Shown here: positions 1-8,224 of the stretch, piece after piece
How the letters are laid out: each line of letters opens with the position of its first letter
Numbering within the stretch: position 1 is the first letter of the stretch
From: Chthonomonadales bacterium
GTDB lineage: Bacteria > Armatimonadota > Chthonomonadetes > Chthonomonadales > Chthonomonadaceae
DNA length: 21,015 bases
Direction of reading: 5' to 3'
NCBI GenBank assembly: GCA_038217285.1
Contig: JBBQPO010000082.1
Location: 1-21,015, forward strand
Position numbers and translations under genes: made by a program
The notes under the pieces: generated by a model
Told to the model about the DNA's origin: nothing
The model's input: the letters and a program-made list of their open reading frames with translations, nothing else
Database searches by the model: none

Positions 1-662
1 GCATTCGGCGCGGTCGTCCTGCCGAGAAGCGCGATCTCGACGCGCTGCTCACGGATCGTCTCTTCGTAGACGCGCAACTGGTTGCCTTGCCGCCTGATTC
101 TGGCGGAGATCGCCCCACCGTACAGGGCGACCGCCCAGAACGCGACGATTTTCAACCCTTCTCCGCCCAGCACCGAAGGCAGTCGCTCGGAAGCCGGCGC
201 GAACCCTAACACGAAAACATAGAGGATGTTGAACGTAGCGGCCACAAAAAGACTCATCAAAAGGCCGTACCGGAGGCAGTTGGAGATCAGAAAAACAAAA
301 TAGACGAAGAAAAACGGACTGTGCGTGTAGCCGGTCAGCGCGATCAAGACGGAGATGAAGCCCATATCTCCCGTGACCGTCAGGTACTTCATCCAGCGCG
401 GGATCTGCACACGCCCTGGCTTCCAGAGATAGATCGCCTCTGCCGCCGTCATGAGCACTCCGGCCAGTGCCAACTCCCAGGCGGTGAGGCGGGAGACGTG
501 GGCGGCGACGACCGGGTCGTGGCGTCGAATCCAGAACAGCGCGCCGAGCAGGACCACGATCGCGAACCAGCGCGCGGTCACTTTGGCGCGTTCAGAATCT
601 CTTTCGCTCTCCCAGCCCTCGATCACATCGCGCGGCGGTGTAGTTGGGGTAGAATCACCCAT
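1..662 (-). CDS. Multi-pass membrane protein resembling the N-terminal membrane domain of PilS-type sensor proteins; 3' end runs out of the window
   Basis: Not in the ORF track because it has no stop in the window. My translation from ATG 662: MGDSTPTTPPRDVIEGWESERDSERAKVTARWFAIVVLLGALFW...GDMGFISVLIALTGYTHSPFFFVYFVFLISNCLRYGLLMSLFVAATFNILYVFVLG...RIRRQGNQLRVYEETIREQR. It has about 5-6 hydrophobic segments followed by a charged helix. AGGGA lies upstream of the ATG. Confidence 0.75.
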   Translation of the reverse strand, partial: MGDSTPTTPPRDVIEGWESERDSERAKVTARWFAIVVLLGALFWIRRHDPVVAAHVSRLTAWELALAGVLMTAAEAIYLWKPGRVQIPRWMKYLTVTGDMGFISVLIALTGYTHSPFFFVYFVFLISNCLRYGLLMSLFVAATFNILYVFVLGFAPASERLPSVLGGEGLKIVAFWAVALYGGAISARIRRQGNQLRVYEETIREQRVEIALLGRTTAPN

Positions 663-764
663 AGATTTAATCCCTGCCACTAAACCATGAGATTGCCGGT
701 GTAACGCATTTCGCTCTCCTTCGCCATTCCAGGTCGAAGGCAGCGCCCGGACGGAGAAACCAGC

Positions 765-1748
765 GTGGGAGTCCCTCGCAAAACGAAAATAACGGCTACT
801 GGAGCCAAGTATAGTCCAAAGCGACCGGAGTGTCAAGCCGACCGTTCGAAGGCGCGCGTCGCCGGCAAGATCGGGTTGGGCGTCGCTGTCGCTGCGGCGG
901 GCTTCGCACTGGCAACGCTGGCCTACGCGTATGTCGCCACGCATCCTCCGCGCCGCCGCTTTACTCGTACCCCGGCGGAAGTCGATCTGGAGTTTGAAGA
1001 AGTCACCTTTGCCTCACGGGATGGGCTGCGACTCTCCGGCTGGTTCCTCCCGGCCGACTGCCCGGCAGAGACGCAAGGCGTTATTATCTGCTGCCACGGC
1101 TATCCCCAGAATCGACTGGAGATGCTGCCGTACGCACAGTTCCTTCATAACGCCGGGTTCGCGGCTCTCGTCTTCGATTTCCGGGCGCTCGGGCGCAGCG
1201 AGGGCGATCTGTGCAGCTTTGGGCATGAGGAGATCGCGGACCTGCTGGGCGCGGTGGACTACCTCGTCTCTCGCCCCGATACCGAGGCGCTGCCGAAAGG
1301 CGTCCTTGGCCTCTCCCTCGGAGCAGCCGTCGCCATTATGGCCGCCGCGCAGGACGAGCGTGTACAGGCGGTCGTCGCCGAAGCCCCCTTTCCCAGCCTG
1401 CGTGATGCCCTAAATCGACGCTGTTCGGTCGTGTTTGGGCGTCTTGGCAGGAGCGTTGCAAGACCCATCCTCTGGTGGGCAAAACGCTGGCTTCCGCTCG
1501 ACCCCTCCACCGTCTCGCCTGCTGCGGTCATCCATGCGTTTGCGCCTCGGCCTCTGCTGTTGATCCAGGGCCAGCGCGATCTGCTGGTAGATTGGCGCGA
1601 CACCGTGCGTATGGCTCAGACGGCCCCGGAATCGACCGAGGTCTGGCTGCTGCCACTGGCGGGCCACGCCCGCTGCTTTCGGCTGGGCGGTGAGATATAC
1701 GTGCAGCGGGTATCTCAATTTTTTCAACAGAATCTCAATCGGGGGTAG
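765..1748 (+). CDS. Alpha/beta-fold serine hydrolase with an N-terminal membrane anchor
   Basis: HGY oxyanion motif, DFRALGRSEG, nucleophile elbow GLSLG, Asp in QGQRDLLV, His in AGHA, and a hydrophobic segment IGLGVAVAAAGFALATLAYAYV. GGAG precedes the GTG; the exact start is uncertain. Confidence 0.9.
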   Translation: MGVPRKTKITATGAKYSPKRPECQADRSKARVAGKIGLGVAVAAAGFALATLAYAYVATHPPRRRFTRTPAEVDLEFEEVTFASRDGLRLSGWFLPADCPAETQGVIICCHGYPQNRLEMLPYAQFLHNAGFAALVFDFRALGRSEGDLCSFGHEEIADLLGAVDYLVSRPDTEALPKGVLGLSLGAAVAIMAAAQDERVQAVVAEAPFPSLRDALNRRCSVVFGRLGRSVARPILWWAKRWLPLDPSTVSPAAVIHAFAPRPLLLIQGQRDLLVDWRDTVRMAQTAPESTEVWLLPLAGHARCFRLGGEIYVQRVSQFFQQNLNRG

Positions 1749-1753
1749 CCTTC

Positions 1754-2518
1754 GTGTTGCAGACGAGAAACCAGACCGGCGCCCTGACCGTCATCTGTGG
1801 TAGTATGTTTTCCGGCAAGACCGAGGAGCTCATTCGGCTGGTCCGGCGCGCCATGCATGCCCGCAAAGTAGTGCAGGTTTTTAAGTCGTCTATGGACACC
1901 CGCTGTGAAACGACGGTTATCCGGACCCACGATGACATCCGATTCAACGCCTACACCGTGCCGGACTCGAAAACCCTGGAAACGATGCTTCAGCCGGGCG
2001 TGCATGTCGTTGGGATAGAAGAAGTCCAGTTTTTCGACGACGGCATCGTCGCCCTGTGCCAACGTCTGGCGGACCAGGGCGTTCAGGTATTTGCCGCCGG
2101 TCTGGACCAGGATTTTCGCGGTATGCCGTTCAGCTTCATGCCCCAACTGCTTGCCCTGGCGGACAATGTGATGAAACTGCATGCCATCTGTAAGGTCTGC
2201 GGGGGCGAGGCCAGCCGCACCCAGCGCCTGGTCTATGGAAGGCCTGCCGCGTGGGACGACCCGACCATTCTGATCGGTGCGGACGAGAGTTATGAGGCCC
2301 GCTGCCGCCGCTGCCACATCGTGCGCAACAGGCCCGGCGCAGTAAGAACTCGCAACCGTCGCCAAAGTGGCAGCAGCGCGGCGCGCAATGGCGATCATCC
2401 GGTCCTGAGCGGCGTAAAGAGAGAAAGGGCCTCCGGCAACGGCAAGCTGGATTCCCCCGCTACCATCGTCCTGGACGACGGCACACAACTGGAAATGTTT
2501 CCTGAGAACGAAGGCTGA
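1754..2518 (+). CDS. tdk: Thymidine kinase (TK1-like) with a C-terminal extension
   Basis: P-loop GSMFSGKTEELIR, EEVQFF, AGLDQDFRGMPF, and zinc-lasso cysteines CKVCG and YEARCRRCH. Confidence 0.95.
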   Translation: MLQTRNQTGALTVICGSMFSGKTEELIRLVRRAMHARKVVQVFKSSMDTRCETTVIRTHDDIRFNAYTVPDSKTLETMLQPGVHVVGIEEVQFFDDGIVALCQRLADQGVQVFAAGLDQDFRGMPFSFMPQLLALADNVMKLHAICKVCGGEASRTQRLVYGRPAAWDDPTILIGADESYEARCRRCHIVRNRPGAVRTRNRRQSGSSAARNGDHPVLSGVKRERASGNGKLDSPATIVLDDGTQLEMFPENEG

Positions 2519-2541
2519 TTGACGACGAGGGAGTTCATGCC

Positions 2542-3195
2542 GTGCAGATCGTGCCCCATTTTGAGTTGCCGCGCCTGCTAAATCGGGCCGGTCTGGACGT
2601 GAGGACGCGGGAGTTCTCCGACCAGATCGCGACACACCGCCTCACGGTTCGGGAGACGGACCCGTTACCCTACGTGTCTGGTCCTGCCCGCAAGGCCGTC
2701 TACCCTGACGGTCGGGTCGAAGGCCCCTATCCCCTCGCGGATCGACCCTTCCTCTCGCATTTTCTGGGCGAAACCATGACCCTTATCGGAGCTGAGAAGG
2801 TTCTTGCAACCGTCCCGGAAGGCACCTTCTGGCTCAACAACAAAAGTCTGGCAGCCTATTTCGCGGCGGTCCCCGACGCGATGCGCGTCTGTAAATTTCT
2901 GCGCGCCCGCGGTCTCACCGATAAGTTCCGCGGCGGCTTCCTCCTCTCCCCAGCCCATTTCGCCGTCACGCTGCCCCTGCTCGCCGCCCAGACATATGCC
3001 GGTGGGGCCGATGTGCAGTTTACCGTCGTGGAGCCTGCGCTGATCCGCCTGACGGCCACGGCATGTCACCACTTCGACATCCATTTCGCCGGTCCCGACT
3101 CTGGTCTCCTGGAGCGCCTGGCTGCTCTGGCTCCCGCCCACCTCACGGCCGAAACTCTGGTCCTCCCGGAGATATCCGGCCCCTTCTCTTTGTGA
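2542..3195 (+). CDS. Hypothetical protein, 217 aa
   Basis: GAGGGAG lies 8 nt before the GTG, the ORF starts 23 nt after tdk on the same strand, and composition looks globular. I recognise no family. Confidence 0.75.
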   Translation: MQIVPHFELPRLLNRAGLDVRTREFSDQIATHRLTVRETDPLPYVSGPARKAVYPDGRVEGPYPLADRPFLSHFLGETMTLIGAEKVLATVPEGTFWLNNKSLAAYFAAVPDAMRVCKFLRARGLTDKFRGGFLLSPAHFAVTLPLLAAQTYAGGADVQFTVVEPALIRLTATACHHFDIHFAGPDSGLLERLAALAPAHLTAETLVLPEISGPFSL

Positions 3196-3312
3196 GATCG
3201 TGCAGGAACTGTACTCCGTCCGGTCGAAACGTATTCCCGAACTGCCGCTCCCCACAGAACATCGTCGGCCACCGGCCCTGCACTCCAATAAAACGAAAAA
3301 AGGAGCCAGACA

Positions 3313-4368
3313 TTGGCAAAGAAAGTACGAATCGGCGTTATCGGGACAGGTGGCATCGCCAATGGCGCCCATCTCCCTGGCTATTCCCAGATACCGGATG
3401 AGTGCGAGATCTTCGCGATGTGCGACATCGTTCCGGATGCTCTCGAGAAGACGGCGGCGAAGTATCCGAACGTCACGCACATCGTCAGTGACTACAAAGC
3501 GCTGCTCGCCATGCCGGAGATCGATGGGGTCTCCGTCTGTACGCCCAACTTTGCTCACCATCAGATCACGATGGACGCGCTTGCAGCGGGCAAAAACGTG
3601 CTCTGCGAAAAGCCGATTGCGATGAACGCCGTGCAGGGTGCAGAAATGGTCGCGGCAGCTCGGAAGGCGGGGAAGATCCTTCAGATCGGTTATAATAGTC
3701 GCTTTCAGCCGAGCAATCAGGCCCTGAAACGCTATATCGATGCTGGCGAACTTGGCGATATCTACTATGCACGGGCGCAGGCTTTGCGTGTACGCGGGAT
3801 TCCCGGCTGGGGCGTCTTTATCGACAAGGAGAAGCAGGGCGGTGGGCCGCTGATCGATATTGGCGTCCACATGCTCGACCTGACGCTCTGGTTCATGGGC
3901 CATCCCAAACCGATCGCCGCCAGCGGGGTCACGTATCAGAAGTTCGGGAAGCGCAGCGATGTCGTCGGCTTTATGGGCCAGTGGGACCATACGAAGTTCA
4001 CGGTCGAAGACTTCGCCGCAGCCCTGATCCGCTTCGATAACGGCGCAACGGTCATGCTCGAATCGAGCTTCGTCGCGAACTTGAAGCAGGAGACCCAGAA
4101 CGTCACCCTCTTGGGTACGGACGGCGGCGCAGAAGCCTATCCCCTCTCGCTGACTCAGGAGAAGCACCGTACGATGGTCTCCTACGAGCCTAAGATACCG
4201 GGTGGCAATAACCTGAACACGCACCACGCAGAGATGAAAGCGTTCGTCGAGTGCATTCGGGACGGCAAAGAGCCGCTGGTAACAGGGGAGCACGGCCTGA
4301 TGGTCGCGCAGATCATGGATGCCATCTACAAATCGTCCGAGGAGGGCAAAGAGGTACGGATAGGGTAA
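3313..4368 (+). CDS. Gfo/Idh/MocA family NAD(P)-dependent oxidoreductase, YcjS-like
   Basis: Rossmann GVIGTGGIA, CEKP motif, and GIPGWGVFIDKEKQGGGPLIDIGVHMLD, which closely resembles the E. coli YcjS segment as I recall it. AGGAG precedes the TTG. Confidence 0.93.
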   Translation: MAKKVRIGVIGTGGIANGAHLPGYSQIPDECEIFAMCDIVPDALEKTAAKYPNVTHIVSDYKALLAMPEIDGVSVCTPNFAHHQITMDALAAGKNVLCEKPIAMNAVQGAEMVAAARKAGKILQIGYNSRFQPSNQALKRYIDAGELGDIYYARAQALRVRGIPGWGVFIDKEKQGGGPLIDIGVHMLDLTLWFMGHPKPIAASGVTYQKFGKRSDVVGFMGQWDHTKFTVEDFAAALIRFDNGATVMLESSFVANLKQETQNVTLLGTDGGAEAYPLSLTQEKHRTMVSYEPKIPGGNNLNTHHAEMKAFVECIRDGKEPLVTGEHGLMVAQIMDAIYKSSEEGKEVRIG

Positions 4369-4382
4369 ACTAGTCTGAGAAT

Positions 4383-4415
4383 GCGGGCGACGTCTCACGA
4401 AGAGGCGCCGCCTGC
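4383..4415 (+). terminator. GC-rich hairpin after the oxidoreductase gene; possible terminator
   Basis: GCGGGCG-A-CGTCTC / ACGAA / GAGGCG-C-CGCCTGC, 14 nt after the stop codon. There is no U-tract. Confidence 0.4.
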
Positions 4416-4605
4416 CGAAACGAATCATGTTCTCCTTGCGTTAAATAAGGGAGATAGTTGTCAGAGTAGCACCGACCACCCGGCGGTGTACGATTCGCTT
4501 GTGCAAGGCGGAACGCCGAACCGTTCTCTTAAATACGGGGCTGCATTGTGGAACTGAATCGGCCCTGGTCCCTTCCAACTGTCAACATTGCTGCTGAGGA
4601 ATCTC

Positions 4606-5979
4606 TTGAATCTGGAAACAAGTAAAACTCTCGGGGAGCCGATTGCTGCTCCTGTCGCCCCGACGGCTGCGGAATCCCCAACGTCGGGAGGAGTCAATAC
4701 ACGACGTTTGCTCACCGCTATCGTACTTGTTGCGGCCTTTGCGGAGCTCTCATACACCACGGTCAATATGTCGGCGATGGCCGTCTATATCCAGTATGGC
4801 ATCAAGATAGACCTGCGGTGGATCGCCATCTGTTCCGGCGTCTTTATCGCAATGGAGGGTCTCCTCAAGTCTCCCATGGGGATCCTGGGCGACCGTTACG
4901 GACGCAAAATCCTCATGGTGACCGGGCCGCTCGTCTCGGTGGTCACCGCGTTGCTTACACCGCATGTCTCCAATCCCTATGTGCTCGTCTTCTTGCGCAT
5001 CCTCGACGGTGTCGGCGCCGCAGCTCTCTGGCCTGCCGCGTTCGCACTTATCGGGGATCATATTCCGGAAAATAAGCGCGCAAGCGCCATGAGCCTCTTC
5101 AATCTCGCCTACCTGATCGGGATCGCGCTCGGGCCTGCTCTCGGCGGCGGGGTCAACGACTTCACCTTCCACTATCTTCATACGACATTCGCGCACTCGA
5201 AGGAAGCCTCGTTCTACCTGGCTTCCGTCATGTTTGCTGCCACCGCGCTCGTCGCATTCCTGATGATTCCGAACGCTCCACCGACCGCCCCGCAACGTAC
5301 CGCCGCACAAATGGGACAGGAACATGTCGGTGAGAGCAGGTTCAATTTTCGCGAGTTCTTGAAAATGCTTGGCCGGATGCCTATGACACTTCTGATGACA
5401 TTCATCACGTTCCTCGGCGTCGGGCTGGTGGTCTCCTACTTCAAGGTGTTCACGCTGGAGCATTTCAATCTGACTGAAAGTCGATTCGGGCTCATGATGA
5501 TCGGTCCTGCCCTGGTGGTCGCCTCACTTGCGATTCCGATGGGGCGACTGGGCGATAAGATCGGCAAAGCCCGCGCCGTTCAGATCGGCATCGGCATCTG
5601 TACCGTCTCCTTCTGGCTGCTGATCCTGCTCTCCCACCAGTGGATACTGATTATCCTTGGCTCCCTGCTCGGTATCGGCTCCGCCATCGCCTTCCCCGCC
5701 TGGATGGCCCTGATAACGACGGAATGCGACTCCAAACAGCGCGGCGCGGTGGTAGGAGCGGTCGGCACCGCCCAGGGTATTGGCGCGCTGATCGGAGTCG
5801 TCTTGAGCAGCTTCCTCTATAAAATAGGGGCTTTCAACTTCGGCGGCCTCGCCATCCCGGCGCACGGCGCACCGTTTCTGGGCTGCGCCGTGATGCTGAC
5901 CGTGGCCTTCTTCCTCGGAGTGTTCACGCTGCGCGACAACCCCTACTACGCGGCGGCCGCCGGTGAAACCCCTCCTTAA
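4606..5979 (+). CDS. MFS transporter (DHA1/TetA-like)
   Basis: About 12 hydrophobic segments, motif A GILGDRYGRK and its repeat GRLGDKIGK, LRILDGVG, and GPALGG. Start placed at TTG 4606 after GAGGA; the track's 4588 start is in the same frame. Confidence 0.92.
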   Translation: MNLETSKTLGEPIAAPVAPTAAESPTSGGVNTRRLLTAIVLVAAFAELSYTTVNMSAMAVYIQYGIKIDLRWIAICSGVFIAMEGLLKSPMGILGDRYGRKILMVTGPLVSVVTALLTPHVSNPYVLVFLRILDGVGAAALWPAAFALIGDHIPENKRASAMSLFNLAYLIGIALGPALGGGVNDFTFHYLHTTFAHSKEASFYLASVMFAATALVAFLMIPNAPPTAPQRTAAQMGQEHVGESRFNFREFLKMLGRMPMTLLMTFITFLGVGLVVSYFKVFTLEHFNLTESRFGLMMIGPALVVASLAIPMGRLGDKIGKARAVQIGIGICTVSFWLLILLSHQWILIILGSLLGIGSAIAFPAWMALITTECDSKQRGAVVGAVGTAQGIGALIGVVLSSFLYKIGAFNFGGLAIPAHGAPFLGCAVMLTVAFFLGVFTLRDNPYYAAAAGETPP

Positions 5980-6791
5980 CCGCTGAAGACAGTGCGAAGC
6001 GATTCTGCGATGTGCTTAAGACCGATCTCGGGATGCACCTTGTACCCTTCGACCTCGGCGGTGATATATTCGTCGTAGCCGATCTCCTCCAGCGCCGCCC
6101 GCACTTTGGCCCACGGAACATCGCCTTGCAGGGGATTGCAGAAGCCGCCATGGTTGCCGATACCGGTCTTGAAATCCTTGACGTGAACTTTACGGATGTG
6201 CGGCCCAAGTATCCTTATCCACTGCTCCGGGTAGCCGTAGAGAAGCACATTGCCCACGTCGAAGTAGGCGGCGATGTACGGACTGCCGATCTCATCGAGA
6301 AACCGTCGGAACTCCAGAGGCGAAAGCAGGAACTTGTTCCAGACGTTCTCGACACCCACCGAAACTTTGCGCGCCTCCGCTTCCGCCGCGACAGCTCTCA
6401 GTCCCTCCTGCGCGAGGGTATAAGCCACATCATACGAAATATCGGCATTGACGACGCCCGGCACAATCAGGATCGTATCGACGCCCATCCAGTTCGCCAC
6501 TTCCAGCGACTTCTTCATGATCTCCACGGCCTTCGCGCGGACGGTCGCATCCGGCGACGTGAGTGGGTAGCGCCAGCCGAGTCCCGTGGAGAGGCTGGAC
6601 AGTTCGATGCCGACATTGGCCGCAGAGGCGACGATGGACCGGACTTCGGCCTCCGTGCTGTCGGTGCGCAGTTCGCCATCCTCGGCGATATTGATTTCGA
6701 TACTGTCGAATCCGGCCTGCTTCGCCATGGTGAAACACTCCGCCAGTGTCAAGTGCGGAGGCAGCGTCCACCGGTTGATGCCAATCTTCAT
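5976..6791 (-). CDS. Sugar phosphate isomerase/epimerase (xylose-isomerase-like TIM barrel)
   Basis: GFDSIE, VENVWNKFLLSP, FDVGN, HVKD, GDVPW and ITAE metal-binding motifs. The start overlaps the upstream stop (ATGA). Confidence 0.92.
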   Translation of the reverse strand: MKIGINRWTLPPHLTLAECFTMAKQAGFDSIEINIAEDGELRTDSTEAEVRSIVASAANVGIELSSLSTGLGWRYPLTSPDATVRAKAVEIMKKSLEVANWMGVDTILIVPGVVNADISYDVAYTLAQEGLRAVAAEAEARKVSVGVENVWNKFLLSPLEFRRFLDEIGSPYIAAYFDVGNVLLYGYPEQWIRILGPHIRKVHVKDFKTGIGNHGGFCNPLQGDVPWAKVRAALEEIGYDEYITAEVEGYKVHPEIGLKHIAESLRTVFSG

Positions 6792-7762
6792 TTTCCATTC
6801 TCCTTGATATTGTCGTCAGTAGTCGGCGGTTGCGATGCCCCCAATGCGGCCTGTCGAGCGGCAACCACACGCGGATCGTCGCCGGAATAGTGAATCGGCA
6901 GATCCTGCCAGTAGTATTGGAAGCGTGTGCTCGTCCAGTCGGCGTAGATCTCCTCCCAACTCTGCCGTTCGTAATGCGGCTTGAGGGAGGAGGCCGCGAC
7001 AGGGTGCGAGAGCGGCTGGTAGCGGAAGTCCACGGAGAGCCTCAGACGATCCAGCGAGAGGTTGGGCAGCGCTTTATGCACCGTCAGGCTGTGAAACAGT
7101 ACGACGTCCCCCACCTCGAAATCGCTGCCTGCCCATCCGTAGGGCAGCGCCTCGGTATCGATTCCCACCCCTCCCGCACCGTAAGCCCGATGCACGGAGC
7201 AGACGCCCGCACGGTGCGAACCAGGCATGACGATCAAGCTTCCAAGGTCGCGCGGGCAGTCGCCGAGCGGTATCCACGCCGTATAGGTCTCTTCGGTCCC
7301 TTGAATATGCAGGTAGTCCTGGTGGGCTGGGGTCGTATGAAGCGTATTTTGCGGAAAGAGGATGCGGGCGATATTGCGGGCGTGTGGCAGCGGCTCCTCT
7401 TCGAACAAGAGGCGTAAGACCGCCAGCAGTCCGGCGTCGTGTGCCAGCGTGTTGAACGCTTCGCCGCGCAGAACCTTGTCGTAGACCGCCATATAATCAG
7501 GGTTCGGCTCGGTGTGCGCGACGCCCGTTGCCGCGATGCCCTCCATCGGCTCCGCACCCGGCTGCAGCCATCCCTCCACTGCACACCATTTCAGTATCTC
7601 AGCGCGCGTCTGCCGAATTTCCGGGACGGAAATCAGACCGCGAAAGAAAAGATAGCCTTCGCGCTGCATCCGTTCCCGCAGCGTCTGTGCATCCTCCGTG
7701 GAGGCGTCCGAGATCAGAAATGGTGTCAGCGCCGCGCCGCGTTCTTCCCGTAGTCTCTCCAT
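6788..7762 (-). CDS. PhyH (phytanoyl-CoA dioxygenase) family Fe(II)/2-oxoglutarate dioxygenase
   Basis: HxD in TPAHQDY, TAWIPLGD, PGSH, distal His in FHSLTVHKALPN, and RLSVDFRY. Confidence 0.92.
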   Translation of the reverse strand: MERLREERGAALTPFLISDASTEDAQTLRERMQREGYLFFRGLISVPEIRQTRAEILKWCAVEGWLQPGAEPMEGIAATGVAHTEPNPDYMAVYDKVLRGEAFNTLAHDAGLLAVLRLLFEEEPLPHARNIARILFPQNTLHTTPAHQDYLHIQGTEETYTAWIPLGDCPRDLGSLIVMPGSHRAGVCSVHRAYGAGGVGIDTEALPYGWAGSDFEVGDVVLFHSLTVHKALPNLSLDRLRLSVDFRYQPLSHPVAASSLKPHYERQSWEEIYADWTSTRFQYYWQDLPIHYSGDDPRVVAARQAALGASQPPTTDDNIKENGK

Positions 7763-7767
7763 TGACC

Positions 7768-8022
7768 CTACCCCCTCTGCTGCAAGTCGTCGTGATCGAG
7801 CGTCGTGAGGGAGTTCCGCAACGGGTCGTCAATCTCCTTCCCCACCGGGTTGGCTACTGACTGCCGACAACGCTGATTGAACAGTTCGTAGAGCATCAGA
7901 CTGGTCGCGACCCCAACGTTCAGCGAATCGCTCCGCCCGACCATCGGTATTTTGACATGGAGGTCGCACAGCGCCATCACTTCGGCGGTCAATCCGCGCC
8001 TTTCGCATCCCATCAGGATCAT
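7768..8022 (-). pseudogene. C-terminal fragment of a TrmH/SpoU (SPOUT) RNA methyltransferase
   Basis: MILMGCERRGLTAEVMALCDLHVKIPMVGRSDSLNVGVATSLMLYE contains SPOUT motif 2 (GxExxGL) and motif 3 (IPMxGxxxSLNV). Motif 1 and the N-terminal half are absent, and the upstream DNA is occupied by the DUF2256-like gene. Confidence 0.75.
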
Positions 8023-8047
8023 TTGCCATGAAAGCAGAGTCCTCCTC

Positions 8048-8224
8048 TCAAATCTTTTTTTTCGGAGGATCCTGTGCGGAGCCCTTCTGACTGCGGCACT
8101 TATCGGAGCAGTAGCGGATCTCATCCCATGCCCGCTCCCATTTCTTGCGCCAGGTGAATTCCCGCTTGCAGACCGGGCAGGTCTTCGTCGGCAGGTGGTG
8201 CGGGTTGCGAATCGGCTCCGGCAT
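8048..8224 (-). CDS. DUF2256-like small Cys-rich protein, 58 aa
   Basis: [34 protein letters not shown] matches the CxxC..F.WRKKW...YCSxxCR pattern. AAGGAGAG precedes ATG 8224. It is the 3' part of track ORF 8048..8515. Confidence 0.88.
   Translation of the reverse strand: MPEPIRNPHHLPTKTCPVCKREFTWRKKWERAWDEIRYCSDKCRSQKGSAQDPPKKKI

Noticed and set aside
321..690. Plus-strand ORFs 321..683 and 451..690
   Set aside because: They are antisense to the membrane-protein gene starting at 662.
1724..2635. 303-aa minus ORF, and similar shadows at 6012..6890, 9792..10676 and 18107..19003
   Set aside because: Each lies opposite a gene with clear family motifs.
2665..4428. 587-aa minus-strand ORF
   Set aside because: It is antisense to the Gfo/Idh/MocA gene and the hypothetical gene, with no recognisable domain.
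4369..4605. Possible riboswitch upstream of the MFS gene
   Set aside because: Hairpins are present (4383-4415, 4431-4454), but I recognise no aptamer consensus. An Rfam search would be needed.
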